Of a DNA stretch of 64,000 nt, positions 30,491 through 40,771 are shown in pieces (the stretch's first letter is position 1; each line of letters opens with the position of its first letter). The notes under the pieces are model-generated. The model was not told the DNA's origin. It searched no databases and saw nothing but the letters and a program-made list of their open reading frames with translations. The stretch comes from Candidatus Dormiibacterota bacterium (lineage in GTDB: Bacteria; Eisenbacteria; RBG-16-71-46; SZUA-252), in NCBI GenBank assembly GCA_035635575.1, contig DASQAV010000131.1, forward strand, positions 9,860 to 73,859, in the 5' to 3' direction. Made by a program: the position numbers and the translations under genes.

Positions 30491-31960
30491 GTGCGCCGGC
30501 TGATCCGCTCGACCGCTCTGCTCGGGATTGGGTCCGCCGCGACCGTCGTCGCGGCCATCCTTCGCTCCAAGGTCCTCGCCACGCTGCTGGGACCGCAGGG
30601 GACCGGGCTCCTGGCGCAGCTTTCCACGCTCACCGCGGTGCTGGTCCCGCTCGCCACGCTGGGGCTGGGGAACGGCGTCACCGCGATGATCGCCGCGGCG
30701 CGCGCCCGGGGCGATGCGTTCCTCGTGAAGCGGGTCCGCTCCACGGCGCTGACCCTTTCCTGGCTCGTCGGCCTGGGCCTGGCACTGCTCGCGGCGCTCG
30801 CGTCCCCGTGGCTCGCGGACGCGCTCTTCCACGACCGCACCAAGGCCTGGGTGGTGCTCGCCGGCGCCCTGACGGTGCCGCTCTCCGCGATCGCCTCGCT
30901 TCGCGTCTCGGTCCTGCAAGGATACGAGGCGGTGAAATCGATGGCGAAGCTGAATGCCATCATCGCCGCGGCGACGATCGTCACCATCCTGCCGTTGGCC
31001 TGGTTCTTCGGCCTGCGGGGAGCGGTGGCGGCGCTGGTGGTCGTCGCGGCGATCTATCTCGTGGTCAGTGGGAGAATGGTCGCAAGGCAGTCGCTCCCAC
31101 AGCCTCCTCCCCCTCATCCGCGCATCGACCGTACCCTTCTTCGACCCTTGCTCCGCTACGGCACGAGCGCATTGCTCGTCGGACTTTCCTCGACGCTCAC
31201 CCTGCTGATCCTTCGCTCTGCCCTCGTGGCGAAGCTGGGCCTGGGGCCCAACGGCATCTACCAGGTCTGCGTCGGGATCTCGGGCCTCTATATGCCGCTC
31301 ATCCTGAACTCCATCACCGCGATCGTCTGGCCGCAGATCGCGGGACACGCCACGGACGAGGAAACGAACGTCACGATGCGCGAGGCGCTCCGGCTCGCGG
31401 TGCTCCTACAGACGCTGGCCGCGGGAGCGATGCTGGCCCTGGCACCTCTCTGGATCCCGATCTTCTACTCCGGGAAATTCCTCCCCGCGCTCGCTCTCCT
31501 CCCGATCCAGTTCCTCGGGGACTACTTCCGATCCGTGGCGTGGATCTGTGGGATCTGGCTCGTGCCGAAGAATCGCCTGAGGCCCTGGGTGCTCTTCGAT
31601 CTTGTCTACGGCGTCGCGATGCTGATCACGTTCTGGCTTCTCGTGGATCGCGTGGGACTCCGGAGCATCGTGATCGCGTACGTCGTCGCGCACGTGAGCC
31701 ACGCGTTGCTCCATTACGCCCTCGCGAGAAGGACGCTCCGGTTCCGTCTCGGGCCGGACAACCGGCGTCTCCTTCTCGCCTCGCTCCTCCTCTTCTCCGG
31801 ATTCACCGCATTCACGCCGCACGACCTCCCGGGAGCCGGGTTGGGGGTCCTGGCGCTCGCCGCGTGGGCGGCCCTCGTCGTCCGGCCCAGCGAATGGCGG
31901 ACGGTGTGGCGGAAGGCCCGGGCCATGATCCTGCCGCCCCCCTCGCCCGATGCGAATTGA
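30491..31960 (+). CDS. wzx: Polysaccharide flippase (Wzx / MOP-superfamily polysaccharide biosynthesis protein)
   Basis: GTG start. 489 aa with about 12-14 hydrophobic helices, an architecture typical of PST-family O-unit flippases. Confidence 0.65.
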   Translation: MRRLIRSTALLGIGSAATVVAAILRSKVLATLLGPQGTGLLAQLSTLTAVLVPLATLGLGNGVTAMIAAARARGDAFLVKRVRSTALTLSWLVGLGLALLAALASPWLADALFHDRTKAWVVLAGALTVPLSAIASLRVSVLQGYEAVKSMAKLNAIIAAATIVTILPLAWFFGLRGAVAALVVVAAIYLVVSGRMVARQSLPQPPPPHPRIDRTLLRPLLRYGTSALLVGLSSTLTLLILRSALVAKLGLGPNGIYQVCVGISGLYMPLILNSITAIVWPQIAGHATDEETNVTMREALRLAVLLQTLAAGAMLALAPLWIPIFYSGKFLPALALLPIQFLGDYFRSVAWICGIWLVPKNRLRPWVLFDLVYGVAMLITFWLLVDRVGLRSIVIAYVVAHVSHALLHYALARRTLRFRLGPDNRRLLLASLLLFSGFTAFTPHDLPGAGLGVLALAAWAALVVRPSEWRTVWRKARAMILPPPSPDAN

Positions 31961-32106
31961 CAGGCTCCCCGGGGAAACCTATCCTTGATTCGCATCGCCG
32001 CGCCTGCCGGGGTCCGCGGGACGATCGCGCACCCACGCTGGATCAGGCCGATCGGGGAACGCCTCCCATTCCCGGGCTTCGGATCCAGCCCTTTACAGGA
32101 CAACAT

Positions 32107-33708
32107 TTGAGATTCTCGAAACTCGGTCTTCTTCTCTTCGCCTCGGTTTTTCTTTGCCTTTCGTTCTCTGGGCAAGCCTCCGCCCAGTGGCAGGATCGTG
32201 ACCCGCGCGATTTCCCCGAATCGATCCGCGAGACCAATTCCACGGCCCGCGCGCAGATGCCGCTTCCGCCGCTGGAGGGTGCGGTCGATCCGGAACGGTA
32301 CCTGTTGGGGCCGGGCGATGAGCTGGAGCTGGCGCTCTTCGGAAGGGTCACCGCACGCGTTCCCGTCCTCGTCAACGCCGAAGGCTCGATCTACGTCCCG
32401 AACCTGGGGCACGTCAAGATCGGCGGCCTGAGCATCGTGGCGGCGCGCGCCCACCTCGCCGATGAATTCCGGAAACGCTATCGGGGCGTTCAGGCCGACA
32501 TCACCCTGCTTCGGCCCCGGCGAATCCTGATTCACGTCGCGGGGGAGGTGGTGCGGCCGGGGCTGGTGGAGCTTCAGGGCCCCGCGCGCGTCTCGGAGGC
32601 CGTGAGGGCCGCGGCGGGACTCACGGGCAGAGCTTCGAGACGCAACCTGGTCATTCATAGAGCGGGCGGCTCCGTGGACCACGCGGATCTGGACCGCTAC
32701 TCGATTCTGGGATCGCTCGCGGACAATCCCTACCTCGATGACGGAGACGTGGTGCAAGTTCCCGCGTTCGTCCACACCCTCGAACTGCGCGGCGAGGTGA
32801 CACGCCCCGGCACCTTCGAGCTGCGCAGGGGCGATCACCTGAGCGAGATCATCGCCCTTGCGGGGGGCACGCGCGCCGGAGCCGACACGGACAGCGTGGA
32901 GCTATGGCGATTCGTCTCTTCGACGGAGAGCCGCCGCATGTTCCTTCCACTTCGGGCGGCCTTGGCCGACCCTCCCGGAGCGCCCGACGACCTGGTCCTC
33001 CAGCCCGACGATCGGATCTACGTGCGCCAGGAGCCCGGATGGCATCGAAGCGCGATGGTCCAGGTCGCGGGCGAGGTGGTCCACCCCGGCACCTACTCGA
33101 TTCCTCCGCAGGGGCAAAGAGCCTCGGAGCTCATCGCGCGCTTCGGGGGTGTTACGCAGTATGCCGATCTCAACAGCGCGACGGTCTTCCGCCCCGACCT
33201 CATTCCGACGCAGGACAGCGCCTACGTGCGCAGCCTCCGCCCGGAATCGGGACGCGAGGAAGCCGAATTCCTGAAGGCGCGTTCCCAGGCGAGCGGCACC
33301 CTTTCCGTGCGATTTCGCAAGCTCGTGGCCGAGCGGGATCCCGGCTCCGATTTCGATCTCCGTGACGGAGATCTGGTGCGGGTCCCGACCCGCACGGGCT
33401 CGGTCGGCATCTACGGCGCGGTGCGGCGTCCGGGTGCTGTGGCCTACCGTCCCGGGGCCCGTCTGGAGGAATACGTCCGCGACGTCGGTGGATTCGGAGA
33501 GCGGGCCGATCGCGGGAAAGTCCGCGTGACGAAGAGATCGACGGGCCAGCCCATGCTGCTCGCCGACACTCCCTCCATCGACGACGGCGATCTGGTCTGG
33601 GTGCCCGAACGCGAGCGTGTGAGCTTCATCAAGACGGTCGGCAACGTGACCGGGTACCTGGCGCAGGTGGCCACGGTCTATCTGGTCATCCATCAGGCCA
33701 CGAAATGA
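32107..33708 (+). CDS. Polysaccharide export protein (Wza/KpsD-like; Poly_export + multiple SLBB domains)
   Basis: TTG start gives signal peptide MRFSKLGLLLFASVFLCLSFSGQASA. Poly_export motif YLLGPGDELELALFG and at least three repeated SLBB-like units (…GEV.RPG…). The 5' two-thirds of the tracked 30418-33708 ORF is a non-coding frame overlapping wzx. Confidence 0.75.
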   Translation: MRFSKLGLLLFASVFLCLSFSGQASAQWQDRDPRDFPESIRETNSTARAQMPLPPLEGAVDPERYLLGPGDELELALFGRVTARVPVLVNAEGSIYVPNLGHVKIGGLSIVAARAHLADEFRKRYRGVQADITLLRPRRILIHVAGEVVRPGLVELQGPARVSEAVRAAAGLTGRASRRNLVIHRAGGSVDHADLDRYSILGSLADNPYLDDGDVVQVPAFVHTLELRGEVTRPGTFELRRGDHLSEIIALAGGTRAGADTDSVELWRFVSSTESRRMFLPLRAALADPPGAPDDLVLQPDDRIYVRQEPGWHRSAMVQVAGEVVHPGTYSIPPQGQRASELIARFGGVTQYADLNSATVFRPDLIPTQDSAYVRSLRPESGREEAEFLKARSQASGTLSVRFRKLVAERDPGSDFDLRDGDLVRVPTRTGSVGIYGAVRRPGAVAYRPGARLEEYVRDVGGFGERADRGKVRVTKRSTGQPMLLADTPSIDDGDLVWVPERERVSFIKTVGNVTGYLAQVATVYLVIHQATK

Positions 33709-34784
33709 CCCCGCCCGGATCCCTCGACCTCTCCACGGCGATCCAGGTCCTGAGCCGGCGGCGCCGGTTCGTGATCCAGGTGCTCGCGGTCTTCCTGGTC
33801 GCCGGCGTGGCCCTGGCGTTCCTCCTGCCGCCCGTCTACGAAGGCGTGGCCGTGATCCTGGCCCCGCAAGATACCGACCTCTTCGCCTCCATCTCGAGCG
33901 CGCGCCGGGCGCTGAGCTCTTTCTCCGCGCTCAGCCTGCTCTCCCAGGGCACCACGGCGTCCGACGAGTACGTGACGATTCTCAAGAGCGACAATGTGAA
34001 CCGCGCGGTCGCGAAGCGCTTCGATCTGGCAACCGTCTACCACGTCCGGACCCTGGACAAAGCGGTCCGGGCCCTGAAGGGGAACACGCGGATCAGCCTG
34101 GAATCGGACGGAAGCATCTCGGTCGTGGTGCGTGACCGCGTGCGCGACCGCGCCGCCGATCTGGCGAACGGCCTCGTCGCCGAGCTGGAGCGCTTCAACC
34201 AGGAGCGCCGCGTGAACCGGGCCGGTGCGCTGGTCGGGTTTCTCCAGACGGAGATCGAGTCCACCGGAGTCCAGCTTCGCGCGAGCGAGGAGCAGGTGCA
34301 GGAGTACGGCGAGAGGCGCCACGCGCCGATGCTCTCGGCCGAGGACAAGGCGGCCGCGGAAGGCGCAGGCTCTCTGCTCGCGCGCCGGGCGGCGCTTCAA
34401 GTCCAGCGTCAGGTTCTGAGCAGCTACCTCGAGCCGAACAGCGACGAGCTGGCGCAGACGGACATCGAGATCGGGTCGGTGAACCGGGAAATCGCGAAGA
34501 TGCCCTCGATCCTCATGGGAGGCGCCCGTCTCGTCCGGGACCTCCGGGTGCAGGAGGAGCTCTTCGCGCTGCTCAAGGCACAGCTGGAGCAGGCCCGCGT
34601 GCGCCGGGTCTTCGATATCGCGACCGTGGAAGTCCTCGATCACGCGCATCCTCCGGAGTCGCGCTCGAGCCCGAATCGAAAGTTGGTGGTTCTGGGCATG
34701 CTGGTGCTCGGGTTCCTGACGGCGCTCGGCGGGGCCCTGCTCGCGGAATCGCGGGCGCGCGGAAGCGGAAGCGGCGTGAAGTGA
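33705..34784 (+). CDS. Polysaccharide co-polymerase / chain-length determinant (Wzz-like PCP, no kinase domain)
   Basis: N-terminal and C-terminal TM helices flank a coiled-coil-rich periplasmic domain. Position is directly after the exporter. 359 aa. Confidence 0.6.
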   Translation: MTPPGSLDLSTAIQVLSRRRRFVIQVLAVFLVAGVALAFLLPPVYEGVAVILAPQDTDLFASISSARRALSSFSALSLLSQGTTASDEYVTILKSDNVNRAVAKRFDLATVYHVRTLDKAVRALKGNTRISLESDGSISVVVRDRVRDRAADLANGLVAELERFNQERRVNRAGALVGFLQTEIESTGVQLRASEEQVQEYGERRHAPMLSAEDKAAAEGAGSLLARRAALQVQRQVLSSYLEPNSDELAQTDIEIGSVNREIAKMPSILMGGARLVRDLRVQEELFALLKAQLEQARVRRVFDIATVEVLDHAHPPESRSSPNRKLVVLGMLVLGFLTALGGALLAESRARGSGSGVK

Positions 34785-36118
34785 GCCCCTCCGGGTCGGC
34801 GGCCGAGAGGAGGCTGGGATGGGCCTATCTGACCGTGGCCCTGGTGATGGGAGCGGCGGTCGTCGCGGGGACGAGCGGCACCCTGCTCGGCCCCACGGTA
34901 TCGGGCGTGATCGCGGTCGTCCTCCTCCTGGCCTGCGGGGCCCTGACGCTTGGAGCCGCGCGATGGATCCCGGGGCTCCTCTTCACCCTCACTCCCGCGG
35001 TCTGTGTCTTCAACACCCGGCATGGATTCTTCCCCTTCGATTACGTGGTCTTCGCGCTTGCCTTCTATCTGATCCTCGACGCGCTCTGGCGTGGAGACCT
35101 GAGCCTCCCCGGTCCGCGCTCGCTTCATCTCGCGTTCCTGGCCGTCATCGCCTCGGGGCTCTTGACCCTCTTTCTCGCTCGTGAGCTCAGTTCCTTCGCG
35201 GGCCATCTGAAGCGGGTGATCGTGGGATACCTGGCGATGGTGATCGTCTTTCGCTTCGCCGATCGCGAGCGATGGCCCTGGTTCGCGCTCTCGATTCCGG
35301 TGTCGGGGCTGGCGATCGCGTTCCTCGTGATCGGCGTGTATCTCAGGCGGGGATTCCTGGTGCACAAGGCCTACGAGCTCCGGACGTTCTACTCGAACGT
35401 GGGCTGGGGGTCGAGCAACTACGTGGCGGCGGTGCTCTCGCTGGCCCTTCTGGGCTCGGTCATCCTGATCGTTCTCACGACCCGGCCCTGGCTCCGGATC
35501 GTGAGCGCGCTCTCCCTCCTCCCGATGGGGCTCGCCATGGCGCTCCTCGTGTCGCGAGGGACGCTCGTGGCGGTCGCGCTGGGACTGCTCGGTCTCGTTG
35601 TCGCGGTCGGCGGCAAGAGGCGCTGGGGGTTTCTGGCGCTGGGCGCGCTGGGCGCGGTGCTCCTGACCCAGCTTCCCGTCTTCAAGGTGATCCTCTTGCG
35701 GTTCACGCTGGAGTCCCAGAACTTCTCCTACTACGCGCGTCTCGTTGGGTGGAAGCTGGCGTTCCAGCGTTTCGTGGAGCATCCGCTCCTGGGCGTGGGC
35801 CTGGGGCAGGGCAAGTTCCAGACCGACGCTCTTTCCAATCTCGACCCGCACAATTACCTCCTGTCCGTGGCGTCGGAAACGGGGATCCTGGGACTTGTGG
35901 CCTGGATCGCGCTGCTCTGGATTGTTTTCCAGACTGCCCGGGACGCCGCGCGCGGCGACCCTGCACGCAAGACCTGGGCGATCTCGCTCGGCGTCCTGCT
36001 CGCGGTCGCGGTCCTCCATTCCTGCTACGAGCCGACCTTCGCGGGCGCGAACTACTTCTTCCTGCTCTTCTGGATCGCGGCCATCCTCCATCGGGCCGCG
36101 GATCCCGTGCCGTCATGA
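34781..36118 (+). CDS. O-antigen polymerase/ligase-family membrane protein (Wzy/WaaL-like)
   Basis: 445 aa with about 10-12 TM segments and a large periplasmic loop near the C-terminal third (Wzy_C-like). Start overlaps the PCP stop. Confidence 0.6.
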   Translation: MSPSGSAAERRLGWAYLTVALVMGAAVVAGTSGTLLGPTVSGVIAVVLLLACGALTLGAARWIPGLLFTLTPAVCVFNTRHGFFPFDYVVFALAFYLILDALWRGDLSLPGPRSLHLAFLAVIASGLLTLFLARELSSFAGHLKRVIVGYLAMVIVFRFADRERWPWFALSIPVSGLAIAFLVIGVYLRRGFLVHKAYELRTFYSNVGWGSSNYVAAVLSLALLGSVILIVLTTRPWLRIVSALSLLPMGLAMALLVSRGTLVAVALGLLGLVVAVGGKRRWGFLALGALGAVLLTQLPVFKVILLRFTLESQNFSYYARLVGWKLAFQRFVEHPLLGVGLGQGKFQTDALSNLDPHNYLLSVASETGILGLVAWIALLWIVFQTARDAARGDPARKTWAISLGVLLAVAVLHSCYEPTFAGANYFFLLFWIAAILHRAADPVPS

Positions 36119-37209
36119 GAGTCCTCTTCGACGGCCGCGTCTGCTGCGATCGCTTCACCGGCGTCGGCCGCTACGCCTTCGGGCTCATCCGGCATCTGGG
36201 TCCGGCGTTCCCCGAGATCGAATTCACCGTTGCCTGGAATGAGCACCTCCCCAATCGGCGTTTCGACTGGGGTGCGGTCCGGGGTCCGGGCAACGTCACG
36301 CTCGCGCCCTGCGCGGGCTCGGGCCTTGGGCTTCTCGATTCCCTCCCTCTCCATTCCATCGCGCGCCGGATCCGGCCCGACTTCCTTCAGGCCCCTTATT
36401 TCACGAGCGCGGTACTGAGCCCGGTGCGCACCGTCGTGACGATCCATGACCTCACGCCGTTCACGGCGGGGCATGACCGATGGCGTCATGGAGTGGCCCG
36501 GTGGGGAATCCGGAAAGCCGCGCGGTCCGCGTCCTTCGTCATCACGCCGACCGAAGCGGTCCGGGGGCAGGTCATCGATCGGCTCGGTGTGAATCCGGCC
36601 CGCATCGTCTCCATCCCCGAAGGGGTCGAGCCGCTGCCGGACGGCCCGCTTCACGATCCGGAGATCGCCGCGTCTCCCTACGTTCTCTTCGTGGGAGTCC
36701 ACAAGCCCCACAAGAACCTGGCAGGGCTCCTCGACGCCATGGCGCTGGCCTTTCCCCAGGGCGAGGTGCGCCTGGTGCTCGCGGGGATCCCCTCCGCCTT
36801 CACGGCGGAGCTGCGGCGCCGGGCCGCGTCCCTGGGGATCCTCCAGCGCGTCGTCTTCACGGGGCCCCTGGACGACTCCCAGCTCGGGGCGCTTTACCGA
36901 GGAGCTTCGGCGCTGGCGCTCGTCTCCTTCGAGGAGGGCTTCGGGCTGCCCCTGGCGGAAGCCATGAGCATGCGCGTCCCGGTGGTGGCCTCCGATCTCC
37001 CCGTCTTGCGCGAGGTCTGCGGCGAGGCCGCGCTCTACGCGGATCCCCGGTCGCCGTCCTCGATCGCCGCGGCGCTGACCGAGGCGCTCGCGCGCCGGAA
37101 CGGCGCCGCCGCGCGTCTGGATCACGGCGTACGGCGCGCGGCGGCGCTCTCCTGGCCCTCGCTGGCCCCCCGCTACGCCGTCTGCTACGGAAACGCGGAG
37201 AACGCATGA
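36115..37209 (+). CDS. Glycosyltransferase family 4 (GT-B, retaining)
   Basis: ATG at 36115 overlaps the previous stop (ATGA). C-terminal GT4 motif EGFGLPLAEAMSMRVPVVASD with E-x7-E. The tracked ORF from 35272 is an upstream out-of-gene extension. Confidence 0.75.
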   Translation: MRVLFDGRVCCDRFTGVGRYAFGLIRHLGPAFPEIEFTVAWNEHLPNRRFDWGAVRGPGNVTLAPCAGSGLGLLDSLPLHSIARRIRPDFLQAPYFTSAVLSPVRTVVTIHDLTPFTAGHDRWRHGVARWGIRKAARSASFVITPTEAVRGQVIDRLGVNPARIVSIPEGVEPLPDGPLHDPEIAASPYVLFVGVHKPHKNLAGLLDAMALAFPQGEVRLVLAGIPSAFTAELRRRAASLGILQRVVFTGPLDDSQLGALYRGASALALVSFEEGFGLPLAEAMSMRVPVVASDLPVLREVCGEAALYADPRSPSSIAAALTEALARRNGAAARLDHGVRRAAALSWPSLAPRYAVCYGNAENA

Positions 37210-38366
37210 AGGTCGTGCACGTCTACAAGGACTACGAGCCGCCGGTCTTCGGCGGCATCGAGCACACCGTTCGGCTGCTCAGTGAGGGGATCGCGGCGAG
37301 GTCCGGAGCGGACGTGACGGTCGTGTGCTCCTCCCTGAGCTCGAGGACGAGCGTCGACCAGGTCGGCGCGGTGCGCGTGGTGCGCGCGGCCACCTTCGGC
37401 CGCATCGCGCGCGCTCCGGTGAGCCCGACGCTCATGTTCTGGCTGCGCCGTCTCCAGCCCGACATCCTGCATTTCCACCACCCCAATCCCACCGGGGAGC
37501 TGGCGTGCCTCCTGGCCCGCCCGCGTTGCCCCGTGGTCCTGACCTATCACTGCGACATCGTGCGGCAGAAACGCCTGCTGAAGCTCTACCGGCATCCCCT
37601 GCGGCGGTTCCTCGCCAGAGCCGACCACATCCTGGTCACGTCACCCGCCGCCCTCGAGGGGAATCCTTTCCTGGATCCCCATCGCGCCCGCTGCGAGGTG
37701 CTGCCGCTGGGCATCCGCGCATCCGATCTGGAGGAGACGGAGCGCACGCGCGAGGTCGCCGCCGCGCTGCGCCGGGCGCGTCCGGGACCGAACATCCTCT
37801 TCGTCGGCCGCATGCGTCCGTACAAAGGAATTCCGGTCCTGATCGATGCGATCGCGCACACGCCGGGAACCCTCGTGCTGGTGGGGCAGGGAGAATCGGA
37901 GGAGGAGATACGGCACAAGGTGCGGCGGGAGGGTCTCTCGGATCGCGTGGTGTTCACGGGCGACGTGCTGCAGTCCGATCTTCGCGGCTACTACCAGGCC
38001 GCGGACCTGTTCGTTCTGCCCTCCCTCGACCGCAGCGAAGCCTTCGGCCTGGCGATGGTCGAGGCGATGCACACCGGGCTCCCGGTGATCTCGACACGTG
38101 TCGGGACGGGTACGTCCCACGTCAACCTGGACGGGATCACCGGTCTCGAGGTGCCGCCAGGCGATGCCGCGAGCCTGGCTTCCGCCATCCGCTGGATTCT
38201 CGAGCATCCGGACGAGGCGAAGCGGATGGGCGAGGCGGGACGCGAGCGGTCGCTTCTGTTCACGCACGCGGCCATGGTGGACCGCACCGCAACCCTCTAC
38301 CAGGAGCTCCTTCGCCAGAACGGTGCCCCGGCGCACGCGCGGCGCGCTGCCACGCGGACTCGATGA
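37206..38366 (+). CDS. Glycosyltransferase family 4
   Basis: ATG at 37206 overlaps the upstream stop (ATGA). Motifs FVGRMRPYKGI…, PSLDRSEAFGLAMVEAMHTGLPVIST. Confidence 0.75.
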   Translation: MKVVHVYKDYEPPVFGGIEHTVRLLSEGIAARSGADVTVVCSSLSSRTSVDQVGAVRVVRAATFGRIARAPVSPTLMFWLRRLQPDILHFHHPNPTGELACLLARPRCPVVLTYHCDIVRQKRLLKLYRHPLRRFLARADHILVTSPAALEGNPFLDPHRARCEVLPLGIRASDLEETERTREVAAALRRARPGPNILFVGRMRPYKGIPVLIDAIAHTPGTLVLVGQGESEEEIRHKVRREGLSDRVVFTGDVLQSDLRGYYQAADLFVLPSLDRSEAFGLAMVEAMHTGLPVISTRVGTGTSHVNLDGITGLEVPPGDAASLASAIRWILEHPDEAKRMGEAGRERSLLFTHAAMVDRTATLYQELLRQNGAPAHARRAATRTR

Positions 38367-38499
38367 TGGCAAGAGACCGCTGGGTGTGCCATGATCCTGG
38401 CCAGCGGCGTCCCCCCCCAACGTCGGCATCGTCGCATTTCCAGAGACAATCCAGCGCGCGGTCCAACCTCTTCGGTCGTAGGCACGGAGGTCAGCGGGA

Positions 38500-39627
38500 G
38501 TGACCCATCGCAACGTTGGGAACGGGAGCAGGAACGGACACGGACACGTAAACGGGAACGGGCACGGAGCTCCGGACGCATTCGTGAACGACGCCAAGGC
38601 GCCTCTTCCCGAGCCGCTGCGCGTCCTCATCACCGGGGGAGCCGGCTTCATCGGGAGCCACCTCGCCGAGAGCCTCATCGCCCGCGGCGCGGCGGTCACG
38701 GCGATCGACGACCTCTCCACCGGCCGCTACAGCAACATCGCCCACCTCGAGGAGCATCCGGGATTCCGGTTCGTGTACGAGTCGGTCACCAACGAGAGCG
38801 TCATGGACCGGCTGGTCAGCGAATGCAACCTGATCTTCCACCTCGCCGCCGCCGTCGGCGTGGAGCTGATCATCAAGAGTCCCGTGCAGACGATCGAGAC
38901 GAACGTCCTCGGAACGGAGGCGGTTCTTCGCCACGCCCGGCGCTATCAGAAGAAGATCCTCTTCGCGTCGACTTCGGAAATCTACGGCAAGAGCGACAAC
39001 CATCCCTACGAAGAGAATGACGACCGCGTCCTGGGTCCGACGACGCGCGGCCGATGGGCGTACGCCGAGTCCAAGGCCCTCGATGAGTTCCTGGCGCTGG
39101 CGTACCACCGCGAGCACCGGGTTCCCGTGGTCATCTGCCGTCTCTTCAACACGGTGGGCCCGAGACAGACGGACGCGTACGGCATGGTCATCCCGCGCCT
39201 GGTGAAGCAGGCGGTCTCGGGGCAGCCTCTGACCATCTACGACAACGGGCTCCAGTCCCGATGCTTCTGCCATGTGCAGGACGTCGTGCGCGCCCTGATC
39301 GATCTCGCGCTCAGCGCCCGCGCCGACGGGGAGATCTTCAACGTCGGCAGCGACCACGAGATCACCATTCTCGATCTGGCGCATCGAATCTTGAAGCTTT
39401 CCGGAAGCCGGTCGCCCCTCGAATTCGTCCCCTACGCAAAGGCGTACGCGTCCGATTTCGAGGACATGCGGCGGCGCGTTCCCAATACGGGGAAGATCCG
39501 GAACCTGCTCGGCTGGACTCCCAGGATCCCGCTGGATCAGACGCTTCTGGAGGTCATCGCCGAGTTTCGCTCGCGCCTCGAGCCTTCCCTGAGCCGCGAA
39601 GCCGTGCCCTTCGGCCAGCCGCGCTGA
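38500..39627 (+). CDS. NAD-dependent epimerase/dehydratase (UDP-glucuronate decarboxylase / UDP-sugar 4-epimerase-like SDR)
   Basis: Rossmann VLITGGAGFIGSHL, catalytic YAESK, 375 aa from ATG 38500. An alternative GTG start at 38584 would remove the His/Gly/Asn-rich low-complexity N-terminus and give a conventional roughly 347-aa protein. Confidence 0.7.
   Translation: MTHRNVGNGSRNGHGHVNGNGHGAPDAFVNDAKAPLPEPLRVLITGGAGFIGSHLAESLIARGAAVTAIDDLSTGRYSNIAHLEEHPGFRFVYESVTNESVMDRLVSECNLIFHLAAAVGVELIIKSPVQTIETNVLGTEAVLRHARRYQKKILFASTSEIYGKSDNHPYEENDDRVLGPTTRGRWAYAESKALDEFLALAYHREHRVPVVICRLFNTVGPRQTDAYGMVIPRLVKQAVSGQPLTIYDNGLQSRCFCHVQDVVRALIDLALSARADGEIFNVGSDHEITILDLAHRILKLSGSRSPLEFVPYAKAYASDFEDMRRRVPNTGKIRNLLGWTPRIPLDQTLLEVIAEFRSRLEPSLSREAVPFGQPR
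38520..38575 (+). repeat. Imperfect hexanucleotide tandem repeat (AACGGR / CACGGA units)
   Basis: Read directly: aacggg-agcagg-aacgga-cacgga-cacgta-aacggg-aacggg-cacgga. This would encode an N/G/H-rich stretch (NGSRNGHGHVNGNGHG) if the 38500 ATG is used; otherwise it is 5'-UTR. Confidence 0.4.
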
Positions 39628-39664
39628 GGCTCGGCTAGGATCGACCGATTCCGGGAGGGTACCG

Positions 39665-40771
39665 TTGAGAATCGGAGTGGACGCGCGGAAGCTGCGCGAC
39701 GGCGGCATCGGAACCTACATCCGAAATCTGCTCACCGTTTTCCTGATGCGGCCGGACGGCCATGAGTACGTGGTCTTCCTCCTCGGCGACGACCTGGGCA
39801 CCTTCTCCCATCCCGGCTCCACGGCGGAAGAGATCCGCGTCCAGGCGGGGAAATATTCGGTCGCCGAGCACTGGCACCTGGCCCGCGCGGCCCGCCGCGC
39901 CCAGGTGGACCTCTACCACTCGCCCCACTACACGCTTCCGCTCCCCCTGCAATGCCCGGCGGTCGTCACCGTCCATGACCTGATCCACGTCCGCTTCTCG
40001 CGATTCTTCCCGGCGGGAGCCGGAATCTACGCGCGCACCATCGCGGGCGCCGCGGTGCGCAAGGCGCGCATGGTGCTCGTCGACTCGAGCCACGTACGGG
40101 ACGACGTGCAGGAGATCCTGGGAGTGTCGCCGGATCGCGTGCGCGTGGTCCCGCTCGGAGTCGCCAAGGAGTTTTCGCGGCGGTCCGCCGCCGATGCGGA
40201 GCGCTTCCTACGAGATCGATCGCTCCCGTCCGCGTACATCCTCTACGTCGGCGCGCGGAAGAAGCACAAGAATCTGGCGCTCCTGATCGACGCGCTGGAG
40301 CGGCTTCCCAGGCCGGAGCGGCTGCCGCTCGTGCTCTCGGGTCCGCCCTGGCGACTGGGGCATCCGCTCGCGCAGCGCGCGCAGCGCGCGGGCGTCCTCA
40401 GCTGCATTCAGTTCGCGGGCCCCCTTCGCGACGAGGACGAGCTGGCGCTCCTCTACTCGGGCGCGGCACTCTACGTCCAGCCTTCGCTGGACGAGGGCTT
40501 CGGGCTTCCTCCGCTCGAGGCGATGGCGTGCGGCACACCGGTGCTGGCTTCCACGGCGGGCGCTCTCAAGGAAACTCTCGGAGACGCGGCGGTGCTCCTG
40601 CCGCCCAGCGAGCCCGAGGTCTGGGCCGCGACCATCGTCGATCTCCTGAGAGACAGCCTGCGCCGCGAAGGGCTGATCCGGCGAGGTATCGCGAGGTCGC
40701 GCGCGTACACCTGGGAGCGCACGGCCGAGCTGACGATGGCGGCCTACCGTGAAGCCCTTCACGTTGCCTGA
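39665..40771 (+). CDS. Glycosyltransferase family 4
   Basis: TTG/ATG-proximal start. C-terminal EGFGLPPLEAMACGTPVLAS GT4 signature. 368 aa. Confidence 0.75.
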   Translation: MRIGVDARKLRDGGIGTYIRNLLTVFLMRPDGHEYVVFLLGDDLGTFSHPGSTAEEIRVQAGKYSVAEHWHLARAARRAQVDLYHSPHYTLPLPLQCPAVVTVHDLIHVRFSRFFPAGAGIYARTIAGAAVRKARMVLVDSSHVRDDVQEILGVSPDRVRVVPLGVAKEFSRRSAADAERFLRDRSLPSAYILYVGARKKHKNLALLIDALERLPRPERLPLVLSGPPWRLGHPLAQRAQRAGVLSCIQFAGPLRDEDELALLYSGAALYVQPSLDEGFGLPPLEAMACGTPVLASTAGALKETLGDAAVLLPPSEPEVWAATIVDLLRDSLRREGLIRRGIARSRAYTWERTAELTMAAYREALHVA

